Shown here: positions 9,779 through 23,569 of the stretch, piece by piece
Position numbering within the stretch: position 1 is the first letter of the stretch
Layout: every line of letters starts with the position of its first letter
Source: Candidatus Marinacidobacterales bacterium
Lineage (GTDB): Bacteria; Acidobacteriota; Vicinamibacteria; Marinacidobacterales; SMYC01
Length of the DNA: 64,000 bases
Assembly (NCBI GenBank): GCA_965224085.1
Contig: CBDCYI010000009.1
Location: 512,001-576,000, forward strand
Reading direction: 5' to 3'
Program-made: the position numbers and the translations under genes
Notes under the pieces: model-generated
The model's input: only the letters and a program-made list of their open reading frames with translations
Databases searched by the model: none
Told to the model about the DNA's origin: nothing

Positions 9779-10194
9779 TGGTCAGCTCCCATCCGGCTGT
9801 CGGTGATATATTCCAGTAATTCTGCACCGTTTTCGGCCAGGGCAAGCTCCAGTGACCGAATGGAGCCTTCCAACTCGTTACGATCCAGGTTCTCAAGTTG
9901 CAACGTATCGCGAAAAATCACACGGCGGCCGGCCTCGTCGTCAAGCACAAACGCTCCATGTACCATTGTTCGATTCATCTGGAGGAGGCGCTTGAAGAAT
10001 TCTCCAGGAACCTCGGGAGCATCCATAATGAGCTGTTCGAGGATGACGATCGGTGGCTCGCAGTCGATGATCAAGTTTCGAATTCCATTCTCCTCATCCT
10101 CCACGACGACCAACTCCTCGGCCTCATCTTCGCAGACGATGTTCAGATCGATGTCGAGCAGATAGCCCTTGACCAAATCTAGGTTCTCGGACAT
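9775..10194 (-). CDS. YbjN/CesT-like chaperone (YjfI-like)
   Basis: Acidic 139-aa protein with LLQMNRTMVHGAFVLD...FRDTLQLENLD; ATGA-coupled to pspA. Confidence 0.7.
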   Translation of the reverse strand: MSENLDLVKGYLLDIDLNIVCEDEAEELVVVEDEENGIRNLIIDCEPPIVILEQLIMDAPEVPGEFFKRLLQMNRTMVHGAFVLDDEAGRRVIFRDTLQLENLDRNELEGSIRSLELALAENGAELLEYITDSRMGADQ

Positions 10195-10196
10195 GT

Positions 10197-10581
10197 TTAC
10201 TTCTCCTGTCTGTTTGTCGCCCTCTCCAGCCGCTTTCGCAGCTGTTCGTAAGCACCGTTCAACCGTTTCGCCAGTTCATCGGCGTTCATTCCTCGGGATC
10301 CCTTGAATGCAGATCCGGGTGGTATTTCCGCAACAGTAGCTTCCATGCCTTTCGAACCGTGGCAAGATTGGAGCCAGAGTGCACCTCCAGGTTGGGATAT
10401 AGCTCGGTCAGCTGCGGATCGAAGCCCCCGTTGGTAGTCGCGGCCTGTTGGCTAGTGTCGCCCGGTCCGTGGGCACGAGTCTGCTTTTGGCGTCCACGGT
10501 GCCTGGTCGAGGCGAACCCGCCGCTCGAGTCCCGTGAATCTGGGATCCGATGAGGTGGATCACGCGGGTCACTAGTTCCAA
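10197..10581 (-). pseudogene. J-domain (DnaJ-like) protein, frameshifted
   Basis: Minus strand reads LYPNLEV...VRKAWKLLLRKYHPDLH (HPD at 10313-10321), then a stop at 10286-10288. NADELAKRLNGAYEQL follows in another frame, and the N-terminus lies across a further frameshift. Confidence 0.7.
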
Positions 10582-10704
10582 TGAATCAACTCCTTAGAAA
10601 ATAGGTTCTCAACGACGACCTTGCGTACTCATCACAATCATAACTCAAACTAGGTGAACCGCCCCGGGTTTCCCGGAGACTCCAACTCTTGAGAGGATGG
10701 AGTC

Positions 10705-11939
<1,235 letters not shown>

Positions 11940-12033
11940 AACAGTCTCCGGAAAACCCGGGGCGGTTCACTAGGTTATATTTAGCGGTATTTGCAAGTTC
12001 GGCGTTCGCCAGTGAAGGAATGACTCGATAACC

Positions 12034-13092
12034 ATGCTCAAGCTGCTCATTGAATTGTTACGGCGTTTCAGGATGGAAAGACGCGGCGGAATCCTTAAGG
12101 TGATCTTCTTGTTTTTCGCCCTGATCGCCCTGGGTGCTATCGGTTATAAACTTTTTGAGGGTGCTGTCGAACCCGAGCTTTCTTGGGGCGATGCCATTTG
12201 GTGGTCGATCGTTACGATGACTACTGTGGGATACGGAGACTATTTCCCGACGACCGCCTACGGTCGCTACTTGGTAGCCATTCCAGTGATGTTTGTCGGT
12301 ATTGGCATCCTTGGCTACCTGCTGTCGGTGATGGCAACTGCATTGATCGAATCGCGGTCAAAGGAGTTGAAAGGCATGACGAATCTCCGCGTTGAATCAC
12401 ATGTACTCGTAGTGAATTTTCAGAGCCCAGGCCGGAATCTAGAAATTGTCAAGGAGTTGCGGGAGGACTCCAAGACCAAGGACCTTGTAATAGTGTTGGT
12501 CGATGACCGCCTCGACGAACTGCCGCACGAATTGGGGAAATGGGGTGTCCGTTTTGTGAAGGGCAACCCATCGAGGGAAAGTGTTCTGCGCCGCGCATGC
12601 GTCGACAAGGCACATTATGCCATCGTTCTTGCCTCCGAGTTGGACCAAGTGCGCGCCGATGACCATACTCTTGCCGCAGTGCTTACCATCGAATCGATCA
12701 ATCCCAACATCTTCACGGTCGCCGAATGCCTCGATCCTGAGCGTGTGGCCCTGATGCGCCGGTCGGGATGCGACAGCGTGGTCTGCATGGCCGACCTTGC
12801 ATCGTCCTTTTTGGTTCAGGAGGTTTGCGATCCTGGAACGCAGGCAGTTGTCAACGAACTGATGTCAAACAGATTTGGTCAACAAGTCTACGTCATACGG
12901 ATTGAACAAATGCAAAACTGGAATTTTTCCGAACTGCAGGCACATCTTTCACAAAAAGAGTGCCTTGTATTGGGGGTACAACGCGGCGGCGAAGCACTGC
13001 TCAACCCAGGTAATGCTTACAAGATCGAAGCGCACGATCACGTCATTTGCATGGGGCCACACAGACCCGCTCCGGTTCGGATCTCAACCTAG
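12034..13092 (+). CDS. potassium channel with RCK/TrkA domains (Kch/MthK-like)
   Basis: TMTTVGYGD selectivity filter between two TM helices; C-terminal RCK domain. Confidence 0.92.
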   Translation: MLKLLIELLRRFRMERRGGILKVIFLFFALIALGAIGYKLFEGAVEPELSWGDAIWWSIVTMTTVGYGDYFPTTAYGRYLVAIPVMFVGIGILGYLLSVMATALIESRSKELKGMTNLRVESHVLVVNFQSPGRNLEIVKELREDSKTKDLVIVLVDDRLDELPHELGKWGVRFVKGNPSRESVLRRACVDKAHYAIVLASELDQVRADDHTLAAVLTIESINPNIFTVAECLDPERVALMRRSGCDSVVCMADLASSFLVQEVCDPGTQAVVNELMSNRFGQQVYVIRIEQMQNWNFSELQAHLSQKECLVLGVQRGGEALLNPGNAYKIEAHDHVICMGPHRPAPVRIST

Positions 13093-13149
13093 AGCAAGCG
13101 CCTCTAGCGAGGCTTTGTCAATATGTCTCTCAATCTCAATCCAAGTCGC

Positions 13150-13967
<818 letters not shown>

Positions 13968-14309
13968 TTAGTTGAAAATTGAAACGGCTCCCTCTCAGGT
14001 GGTTTGATGACGTTGTGAAAAGCGAAATCAAGCCGCTCAAGAAAGGAGCCGATATGGGAAGTCTGCTACGAAGGGTCAAGGAACGCAAGAAGACGCGTCG
14101 TCTAGGTGAAGTAGAGGTCATGGAGCAAGAGGGATACGGGGAGCTCGAGGTGGACTCGAAGGTCGAGATGATCCGCGCACTGGTCGTCTGGTCAATAAAC
14201 TCAAACGCGCTCCCGTAGGCCAGTTTGAGAGGGCTTGGCCTCGGCCTGTTAGACCGGTTGAATCACAGGTCGTGGTCAGGTACTTACTCTGGTTCTCCGG
14301 GGAGACACA

Positions 14310-15377
14310 ATGGACTGGAAGACCATGCTGGCGTACATCACGGGATCGGTCGACCGAGAACTGCTCCTGCGCAACGAGTACCTCGTTACCGAGAATCGTA
14401 TTCTTCGAGATCAGCTGCAAGGCCGTTTGCGCCTGACCGATGGTGAGCGGAGAACCTTGGCGGAGATCGGAAAACAGCTCGGCAAGCGCGCGCTCGAAGA
14501 GGTGGCGAGTATCGTCAGGCCCGATACGATTCTCGGGTGGCACCGCAAGCTCATCGCCAGGAAGTTCGACGGTTCCAAGAACCGGACGTATCCGGGGCGA
14601 CCACGAATCGACGAAAAGATCGAACAGCTGATTATCCGCTTCGCGAGAGAGAACCGATCGTGGGGCTATGATCGCATTGCCGGGGCCATGGCGAACCTCG
14701 GGTATCGAGCGAGCGACCAAACCGTCGGCAACATACTGAAGCGCCACAGTATACCGCCCGCGCCGGAGCGAGAAAAGACAACGACGTGGAACGAGTTCAT
14801 CCGCTCGCACATGGACGTCCTTGCGGCAACGGATTTCTTCACCGCGGAGGTGTGGACGAAGTCCGGGCTGGTCACCTACTACGTTTTATTCTTCATACAC
14901 CTGGCTACGCGACGCGTTCATATTGCCGGTATCACACCCTATCCAGACGAAAGGTGGATGACCCAAGTGGCCCGGAATGTGACCATGGCGGATGTCGGCT
15001 TTCTTTGCTCGACCCGCTACTTGATCCACGATCGCGACTCGAAATTCTGCGCGTCGTTTCAGCGGACACTCGAAGAGGTGGGTATCAAGACCGTCAAACT
15101 GCCTGCGAGAAGCCCGAATTTGAACTCCTTCGCGGAGCGCTGGGTGAAGTCTGTGAAGGAAGAATGTCTATCGAAGCTGATCTTGTTCGGCGAGCCAGCA
15201 TTCAGACGGTGTCTGGCTTCCTATCTCGCTCATTATCATGGAGAGAGGAACCATCAAGGCAAGGAAAACGTCATTCTCTTTCCGTCTGTAGAAAGCAGCG
15301 GCCCCCGCGAAGGGCCAATCCTTTGTCGGGAAAGGCTCGGTGGGCTGCTGAGATACTACCACCGAGAGGCGGCATGA
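14310..15377 (+). CDS. integrase-core (rve) DDE transposase, intact
   Basis: RENRSWGYDRI HTH; ATDFFT, HDRDSKF, PNLNSFAERW, RLGGLLRYYHREAA motifs. Preceded by the terminus CGTCTGGTCAA at ~14184. Confidence 0.9.
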   Translation: MDWKTMLAYITGSVDRELLLRNEYLVTENRILRDQLQGRLRLTDGERRTLAEIGKQLGKRALEEVASIVRPDTILGWHRKLIARKFDGSKNRTYPGRPRIDEKIEQLIIRFARENRSWGYDRIAGAMANLGYRASDQTVGNILKRHSIPPAPEREKTTTWNEFIRSHMDVLAATDFFTAEVWTKSGLVTYYVLFFIHLATRRVHIAGITPYPDERWMTQVARNVTMADVGFLCSTRYLIHDRDSKFCASFQRTLEEVGIKTVKLPARSPNLNSFAERWVKSVKEECLSKLILFGEPAFRRCLASYLAHYHGERNHQGKENVILFPSVESSGPREGPILCRERLGGLLRYYHREAA

Positions 15378-15615
15378 AAACTGGAGCCATGGCCGGCGAG
15401 AAGGAAATTCAGACCACCGGGTTCTTTGTCTTCGGCGCCCTCACTTTGATCGTGGCACTCCTTAAGCTGGCCGTTTTCAGCGACTGGTCGTGGTGGCGAG
15501 TATCACTACCCATCTTGATCTTTGTCGGCTTCAATATCGCTTACATAGTCACGGGCTTTGGCTATCTGTCCTTTGCTGAGGCCAGGGAAAGACCCTCCCG
15601 GGACGAAGTCAACCC
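15374..15615 (+). pseudogene. small membrane protein (LLKL...DWSWW type), C-terminus cut by a transposon end
   Basis: ATGA overlap with the integrase; two TM helices; ends at the TGTGCCTTC terminus at 15616. Confidence 0.45.
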
Positions 15616-16670
15616 TGTGCCTTCTATTTATTCATCCGGGCGCCCCAAACTTGATTAGTCTCCGGTCTGCCGGCACCATGCCTGTTTGATTTCGTCGTTT
15701 GTTCGCGCTCTCATCTCCGCCTTCAAGGCTCGTCGCGAGCTGGCTCTCGACAATGTCGCTCTTCGGCAGCAGCTCGCCGTCCTCCGCCGTTCGGTGAAAC
15801 GGTCGCGGCTCTCGAACGTCGACCGCGGGTTTTGGGTAACTGTAGAGCCTAAGGGCCCTTGGCCCAGTCGCAGCTTAGTGTCTATGGTGCGCTCCCGTGA
15901 ACGGCTTGGCGGGTTGCTACGTTTCTACCATCGGGAAGCCGCATGAGTATTTTGACCTCACGACTTCCGGGTGCGCAGTTTACTGCCCGTAGCTCGCCCC
16001 GCAGCCGATTTGAGCCAGCCGTGCGCACCCCCGGTGGGCCTGTCGCTCGCCACCCGCAGCCCAGGGGTCGGAAGACAGCCCGGCAGCACGAAATACCCTC
16101 GATTCTGCGCGGATTCCAAGGGCGTCTAAGCCGCTGATGTGTGGTCTATTTCAAAAGGGCTGAGTTTTGGCACAGGACGGGGTGCATTGGTACAACACGC
16201 AACGACTCTTGGAGCCGATCGGAAATGTCGCCCCCGTCGAGTACGAGATGAACTACTATCGGTCGCAGGAAGGCTCGCTGGAGATGGCGAGACTCAACTA
16301 ACCCTAATCGCAAATAAACGTCACCGTGTCTGAGGTTTTTGGCCCCGTGAATAGCACCTTTTCCAGGTTCTGCATACACCGTGCAGAATCACCTATAGTG
16401 GCGGCGAGCGGGTGCCCCAGCACGAGCTTCTCGCCTGCGCCCAGTGCGGCTGTTTCGCGTTTTCGTGCTTCGAATATTTTGCGATTAGGGCTAACAGTCT
16501 CCGGAAAACCCGGAGCGGTTCAAAACGTCCCGGCGAGCCGGTCTTGAGTTCGTTTGTATTTTTGGACACGACGGGGTTACGCGGCCGCCGCCAACACTTG
16601 ATTGCAGAAGCACCTCAACTATAATAGTTTCTGACTTAGAAGTCGTGTTTTATGCTGGGGAGGAAGACTA

Positions 16671-17363
16671 ATGGTTGGACGCCGAGCGCAAACGGACGAC
16701 CTCCGCGAGCTACCTGCCTACACGATCTCGGAGGCGGCGCACTATCTCACCGTGCCGGCGGCGACCGTCCGATATTGGTCGGTGGGCCAAGGCGACTACG
16801 AGCCACTCATTGTGGTGCCCAAGCGTTCCCCGACGCTGCTTTCATTCCTCAACCTCACAGAGCTTCATGTTCTCGCCGCCATCAGGCGCAAGCATGTCGT
16901 AGCGATGCCAAAAGTCCGAAAGGGCATCGATTACTTGGTGGAGAATATTCTAGATGTACCTGATCGGCGGCATCCGTTGATTAGTTGCCAGCTGGAAACA
17001 AATGGCTTGGATCTGTTCGTCGAGCGATATGGGCAACTGATCAATATCAGTCAAGGGGGTCAGATGGCCATGCGAGAAGTCATCAGTGCTGCCCTGCATC
17101 GGATCGCGCGTGACCCCAAAGGCGTCCCCATCAAGCTCTATCCGTTTACCCGAACAGCCATGGAAGACGCGCCAGCGATGGTCGTCATCGACCCAGGGCT
17201 ATCCGCTGGTCGACCCGTCATCGCCGGAACTGGAATCGCTACCCAGGTTATTGCCGAGCGCTGTAAAGCAGGTGAGTCGGTCAGCCAGTTAGCGGAAGAC
17301 TATGAGCGTGCAGAAGCGGAAATCGAAGAAGCGCTCCGATGTGAACTCAGACTGGCAGCGTGA
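16671..17363 (+). CDS. antitoxin, HTH plus DUF433 (VapB45-like)
   Basis: PAYTISEAAHYL...TVRYW HTH; IDPGLSAGRPVIAGTGI...GESVSQLAEDY DUF433 motif. Confidence 0.85.
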   Translation: MVGRRAQTDDLRELPAYTISEAAHYLTVPAATVRYWSVGQGDYEPLIVVPKRSPTLLSFLNLTELHVLAAIRRKHVVAMPKVRKGIDYLVENILDVPDRRHPLISCQLETNGLDLFVERYGQLINISQGGQMAMREVISAALHRIARDPKGVPIKLYPFTRTAMEDAPAMVVIDPGLSAGRPVIAGTGIATQVIAERCKAGESVSQLAEDYERAEAEIEEALRCELRLAA

Positions 17364-17766
17364 AGAGCCCATCCTCTTCTTGGATCGCAATCTTGGAAAG
17401 CACGTTATCGCAGACAGGCTTCGTTCTGCGGGGATGAAGGTTGAGATACACGACAATCACCTTCCGCTGGACGCGCCGGACGAAGATTGGATCGCGCTTG
17501 TTGGACGGAGAGGTTGGGTCGCGCTTACGAAAGACAAGAACATCCGCTATCGAACTGCTGAACTCGCATCCATCATAAGGAATGCTGCGCGTGTCATCGT
17601 GATTCGGGCGAAAAATGCGACAGGGTCGGATATCGCCGAGCTCTTGGTGAAAGGAAGACGCCGGATTGCCCGCTTCGTAGCAAAGACGCCTGCTCCATTC
17701 GTGGCAGCAATTGACCGTAGCAGCAAGGTGCGGGATTATAGGAACGTTTTCCTGCCGCCATCGTAA
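17341..17766 (+). CDS. PIN-domain toxin (VapC45-like)
   Basis: FLDRNLG, DEDWI, LTKDKNIR motifs; overlaps the antitoxin stop. Confidence 0.85.
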   Translation: MNSDWQREEPILFLDRNLGKHVIADRLRSAGMKVEIHDNHLPLDAPDEDWIALVGRRGWVALTKDKNIRYRTAELASIIRNAARVIVIRAKNATGSDIAELLVKGRRRIARFVAKTPAPFVAAIDRSSKVRDYRNVFLPPS

Positions 17767-18061
17767 AAAAGAGCTACAGATGGATAATCCGTTGCAAAGT
17801 CTACGGTTTGACACCGGCGTCCGCCGCCAACGATGCGGATGATGGAACCACGATGTTGGCGAGCTCGTATGGTGCAAATAGTACGTCGAGCTCGAAGTCG
17901 GCCTGTGGAGGGTCGATGACCGGATCTGTACGAATCGAGGCTCGCTGGTCGGGAACATAATACATTGCCCCCTGCCTTGATTCGGTTTCAAACGGCCGGA
18001 GGTGGCGGCGAAACAACCTCGGAACTTGCTGGCCTGCAGCGCGTTCGAGTATTTTGCCCAC

Positions 18062-18256
18062 ACGGACAGAACGTTCGCGGAGCACGGTGCGGCATGTGCT
18101 TTCAATGAGCGTCTTGGCGAGGTCGAAGGCAAGGCCGGAATTTCCGACGATGGCCTGTTCGATGCCCTCCACTTGTTCCTCGATATGCGCGAGGCCGCTG
18201 GCCATGGCGTCGCGTGCACCATGCATGGCGAATGGGGCGATTACGGCATCGGCCAT
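18062..18256 (-). pseudogene. abortive-infection (Abi_C-like) protein N-terminal fragment
   Basis: HIEEQVEGIEQAI...LAFDLAKTLIESTCRTVL; follows the hsdS fragment and is cut by a transposon end. Confidence 0.55.
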
Positions 18257-18497
18257 CAGCTCGCTCCCGAAAAAAACACGCCGGCGTCCTTCACTCGAAG
18301 TTCGCCGGAGATGAGCTTGGGTAGCAGCGCGTCGCGCAAGGCGGCGAGGGTACGGGATTCTCGCTCATTATTGACAATACGGTTGTAAATTGATCGTATA
18401 AATTGGTCATGGGTTTCTCTGATTGATTCATGTGGCACAATCACAGGCAACGGTCGAAAATTGGCCTTGCTGATTTCCTGAAACGTCGAGCCGTTCG
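18256..18497 (-). pseudogene. hsdS: type I R-M specificity subunit C-terminal fragment
   Basis: GSTFQEISK...[23 protein letters not shown]. Confidence 0.85.
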
Positions 18498-18775
18498 TCC
18501 GGACTGCCGGGTGTGCTCCGCAAAAAGTCTATCCGGCGTTGATTGCGCGTTTTAGACCTACTATGGTCGGCCGCTTTTAGCCGATCTTTTTTTGCGGATC
18601 ACAACAGGTCAGAAGACAGCCCTGCGGCACGAAATACCCTCGATTCTGCGCGGATTCCAAGGGCGTCTAAGCTGTTGATTTGTGGTCTATTTCAAAAGGG
18701 CCGAGTTTTGGCACAGGACGGGTTCGAGATTTCGGCTCCGTTCGCGTTTTCGGACACGGACGGGCGTCGCGCTTA

Positions 18776-19139
18776 TTATGACCAGGTGCCGATCGCCCGC
18801 TCCACGTCGCGCCCCGACGGACTCTGGAACACTCGCAGGTCGAACTCCGGCACCACCGCCAGCAGGTGGTCGAAGATGTCCGCCTGGATCGCCTCGTAGC
18901 GGCTCCAGACCTGATCGCGGCTGAAGACGTAGACCTCGATCGGGAGCCCGTGCTCGGTTGGCGCCAGCTGCCGGACTAGGAACGTCATGTCCTGGTGCAC
19001 CATCGGGTGGTGGCGGAGGTACGCCACGACATAGGCGCAAAACGTCCCGACGTTCGTCAAATGGCGGCCGTCGGCCAAGCTCGCCGGTTCGACCCCCCGC
19101 GCCGCGTTCCAGTTTGCAATCTCCTCTCGCTTGTCCTTC
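18776..19139 (-). pseudogene. MscS-family (YbdG/MscM-like) channel C-terminal fragment
   Basis: [10 protein letters not shown]...[25 protein letters not shown]...[14 protein letters not shown]. Confidence 0.8.
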
Positions 19140-20115
19140 AAGCTCGTTGCCGAGACCTTGGTGGTTCCGTTCTGTGTGATAGTGCACTACGTATTCGGCT
19201 ATCGCTGTCCGCAGGTGTCGCTCACTGAGAGGTACGAAGCGGTCGAGACACTCTCGACGTATGGAGAGAACGAATCTTTCCGCATATGCGTTCAGATTCG
19301 GACTATTAGCGGGAAGGCGAAGGGGCTTCACGCCTGAATCTCTCAACAGCCCACGTACAGCCTCGGTGAATAGTGGGTCTCGGTCGTGGATGAGGTATCG
19401 CTTGCCAAGGAGGAAACCATCCCACATGTCCGTGAGGTTTCTTGCCACCTGCTTCATCCACTCCCCGTTTGGGTCCGACGTTATCCCACCGATGCACACG
19501 CAGCGAGTGGCGATATCGATGACAAACAGGACATGGTAGCGGACGAGCCCGAACGGGTTCACAACCTCGACGGTGAACAGGTCTGTCGCAGCGATGGCGC
19601 CCCAATGAGCCTTGATGAAGGTGCTCCACGACATGCTCTTGCCCCGCTCCGGCGCAGGCGCGATACCGTGCTCGGCGAGGACCCTCTTGATGGTGTTGCG
19701 TCCGAGTTCATGTCCGAGGTTCTTGAGTGCGCCTCGCAGGCGCGTATATCCCCACGTCGGGTTCTCCCGCGCCACGCGCACAATGAGCTCACGGATGTCC
19801 TTCGCCGTCGGAGGTCGGGCCTGGGCTCCGGTTCTTGCTGCCATCGTACTTGACTGCGATGAGGCAGCGGTACCAACGCAGAAGCGTAGCGGGTGTGGCA
19901 ACGGACGCAATCTGGGCCAGCGCCTCGCGGCCCAAAGCCTGGGCCTTGACCGCGAGCCTGCGCCGATCGTCGTCCGAGAGACTGAGACGCTTGCCCCGAA
20001 GCCCGGCTCGGAGCACACGGTTCTCCTCTTGCAGGTAGTCGATCACATCCTGCTGCTGGCGGTTAACCCAGCCAGCTAGAACGAGCAGTAGGAATTGCAC
20101 GTGGTACGTCATCAT
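19140..20115 (-). pseudogene. rve-integrase transposase of repeat-A element, frameshifted and 3'-truncated
   Basis: [20 protein letters not shown] frame shifts near 19820 to [10 protein letters not shown]...HDRDPLF...[10 protein letters not shown]. Confidence 0.85.
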
Positions 20116-20245
20116 GGAGCTGAAGATAACACCCTCGGGCCAGACGATTGTAAAGCCTACGGCCCTTGGTCCGGTCGCAAACACAGACACTAAGCTGCTG
20201 ATTTATGGCCTATTTCAAAAGGGCCGAGTTTTGGCACAGGACGGG

Positions 20246-21819
20246 GTGAGCAGAAGCGTTTTTTCCACTGGTTTCTGGAGTTCCCGGAGATCATGGAACG
20301 GGGCGGATTCGACTGCATCCTGGGGAACCCGCCGTACCTAGGCGGGCAGGCGCTAAGTGGTACTTTTGGTCATGCCTTCTGTGAGTGCATGAAGTGGTGC
20401 TACGCGCCCACAGGCCTGAGCGAACTGGTAGTCTATTTCCTTCGCCGCATTTACGGATTGCTCCGGGACGGCGGCTTCACCGCGATCATCACCACCAACT
20501 CCATCGTCGACGGCGATGTGCGCAAGGACGGTCTGGATCGGGTGGTCGCAGCCGGCGCCCAGATCAATATGGCGGTTCGCGGCATGAAGTGGCCGGGCAC
20601 GGCGAACCTCGTTGTGTCGCTTCTCGCCCTGCACAAAGGGGAGTGGAATGGCCTGAGAGTACTCGACAACCAACCTGCCACCATCATCAACACATTCTTC
20701 GAGGAAAGCGACGAACTGGGGACGCCCTTAGAGTGCCGAAAGGGTAACGAGGTGATGTTTATGGGAACCATCTACCTCGGAGACGGGTTCGTCCTAGATG
20801 AAAATCAATCCGCTGAACTCTACACCCGTGGTGTATCCAATGGCGCTATTCGTTCCCTACTGAATGGAAAAGAGGTGAACTCGTCGCCTCGTCAGATGCC
20901 CGAGCGAAAGATCATTTTTCTTGAACAGTATGAAACATTGCATGAGGCTGAATCACATGAACCGGTAGCTGTTGACCACCTACGTACGCACGCCCTGCCC
21001 GATAGACTCGCCCAGAAGAACGAGAGAGCTAAGGCACGATGGTGGCGTTACTATCGATTCAATGAAGTGTGCTATCAGAATCTTCGCTCGCTCAAGGCGT
21101 GCTTCGTCGCTGCTAGGACTACAAAGTACCTGAGCTTTTCGGCAATGCCGACGGACTATATCTTTAGTGACGCCCTCTACGTCCTTACCACTGACCGCTG
21201 GGACCTCTTCACCGTGGTCCAGTCCACCCTTCACGAGGTCTGGGCCCGCAAATACAGTGGCTCACTGAAACAAGATCTCCGCTACTCTCCATCGAAGTGC
21301 TTCGACACCTTCGCCTTCCCCGCCGGGCTCTGGCAGACCGCCGACATCGGCCTCGTGAAACTCGGCGAGCGTTACCACGCGCACCGCAAGGCGCTGATGC
21401 AGTCCCTCTGGCTCGGCCTGACCAAGGTTTACAACCTCTTCCACTCCCGCGATCTGTCGCACGAGATGGTCACCCGGGTCTCGAAGCGGGACGCCGAGAC
21501 CGCCGCCGCAGGGTACGAGGCCCTGCTCGAACTGCGCCGGCTGCACGTCGCGCTTGACATCGCGGTTCGCGATGCCTACGGCTGGCAGGATCTCGACCTA
21601 CAGCACAACTTTCACGAGGTCGAGACCCTCCCTGAGAACGACCGCGTCCGCTACGCTATCAGCCCCGCCGCCCGCCGCGAGGTGCTCAAGCGCCTGCTCG
21701 CCGAAAACCACGCCCGCTCCAAATCCGAGGCCAAGAACCCCATGCCTAGGCCCACACGCAGTGGCCGCAAGCGCACCGCTGCCGCTGACGGCCCCGATCT
21801 CTTCGGTGGAGCGTCGTGA
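20246..21819 (+). pseudogene. C-terminal part of a large N6-adenine methylase/type IIG R-M protein (MmeI/DrmMI-like), N-terminus deleted
   Basis: [10 protein letters not shown]...[12 protein letters not shown] motif IV and an MmeI-like TRD ([11 protein letters not shown]). Motif I is absent and the sequence starts at repeat A. Confidence 0.8.
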
Positions 21820-22088
21820 CATGCCGTTGTGTCCAAAAACACAAACGAACTCAAGACCGGCGCACCCGGATGTTTCGGACTAGACGTGTCTACGCTGAGT
21901 TCGGGGATGTCCCGGCCGCTGTGCCTTCTATTTATTCATCCGGCGGCTGCTTGCTTCATTTACTGTTGCCCTGTGCTCCGCAATAAATCGATCCGGCGTT
22001 GATTGCACGTTCTAGACCTACTATGTTTGGCTGCTTCTGGCCAATCTTCTTTTTTTGCGGAGCACAGCCCCGTTAGAGAATAGAGTCC

Positions 22089-23569
22089 ATGCCGACGGCA
22101 AGAACCAGCGAGAGCCACCCACTGCGCATCACGGCGATGACCCTGGGCGACGGCCGGGGCCGGATCGGCTTCTCGCAGTGCCCCGGTAGGATCGATCGCT
22201 ACGCAATATCCGGGCCCTGGAAGCGGGATCTCGACACCGACCTCGACGCGATTCAGCGCTGGGGAGCGACTGCGGTGGTCAGCCTGATCACCCACGAAGA
22301 AATCGCCTATCTAAAGGTGCACGATCTCCCGAGGGCGGTTCGAGACCGGCACATGGAGTGGTGGCATGCCCCGATTCCCGACGGAGAGGCACCGGAACAG
22401 GACTTCGAGCACGCCTGGAAGGCCACCGGCGAGTCCATCAGGAACCGGCTGCGGCTCGGCTTCGACGTGCTGCTCCACTGCCGGGGTGGTCTGGGACGCG
22501 CCGGGACCATCACAGCCCGCCTGCTGGTGGAGTTGGGCGTGCAACCGGACGATGCGATCCGCCGCGTGCGCGACGCCCGCGAATGGACCATCGAGAACGA
22601 CTCCCAGCTGGCTCACGTGAGGCAGTGTTCGGCACAAGCACCATCGGTTCCATCCCGGACCGCGGACGACATCCACGACCGGGCGCTCGGGGCCTTCTCG
22701 GTCTGGCGGTGGGCGACGCGGTCGGCACGACGCTCGAATTCTGCTCCCGCGATACGCAGCCGCGTCTAGAAGACATGGTCGGTGGCGGCCCGTTCGACCT
22801 GCCGGCCGGCGCTTGGACCGACGACACGGCCATGGCGCTGGCCCTTGCCGACAGCCTGGCGGAATCCAAGACGCTCGACTGCCGGGACCTGATGGACCGT
22901 TTCGTGAAGTGGTGGCGAGACGGAGACTACTCGTGGAGCGGAGACTGCTTCGACATCGGAAACACGACCTGCCAAGCGCTCACCCGGTACCTACGGACGG
23001 GTGACCCGGTCGCGGGTTCGACCGATCCCTTGAGCGCAGGCAACGGCTCGCTGATGCGGCTCGTCCCCGTTGCGCTCCGGTTCAGGCACGACCGGCCGCG
23101 CCTGATCGCAGCAGCCGCCGACCAGTCCCGGACGACCCACGGAGCCAAGGAAGCAGTGGACGCCTGCCGGGCGTTCGGCGAGCTCCTAGCGGACGCCATC
23201 GCCGGGTCACCATTCTCGGACGTTCTGGCTCCGAGACGGTTCACGGGAGCGGCGGCAATCACTCAGGTCATAGCCGGCAGCTGGCGAGGACGGACACGGG
23301 ATACGATCCGCTCCAGCGGGTACGTCGTTCACACGCTCGAAGCCGCCATCTGGTCAGTCGCCCGCACCGGAGACTTCCGCGGCGCGGTGCTGCTCGCGGC
23401 CAACCTGGCCGACGACGCCGATACGGTAGCAGTAGTGACGGGGCAGCTCGCCGGCGCCCTCTACGGCCTGAACGCCATCCCCGACCACTGGCGGGAACGC
23501 GTTGCCTGGAAGGATCAACTCCTGGCAGCGGCGCGGCGGTTGCTGTCGGAACCCTTTGCCGACCGGTAG
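22089..23569 (+). pseudogene. CDKN3-like phosphatase fused to ADP-ribosylglycohydrolase, single frameshift at ~22697
   Basis: HCRGGLGR PTP loop. In the shifted frame GLAVGDAVG, WTDDT, AGNGSLMR, DDADT (DraG/ARH). Adding one base at GCCTTCTC restores RALGAFLGLAVGDA. Confidence 0.85.

Noticed and set aside
14786-15658. 290-aa ORF overlapping the integrase
   Set aside because: Only the part from 15374 looks coding; the rest is an alternate frame.
18687-20018. 443-aa integrase fusion ORF
   Set aside because: Chimera of a frameshifted transposase with an off-frame MscS fragment and repeat A.
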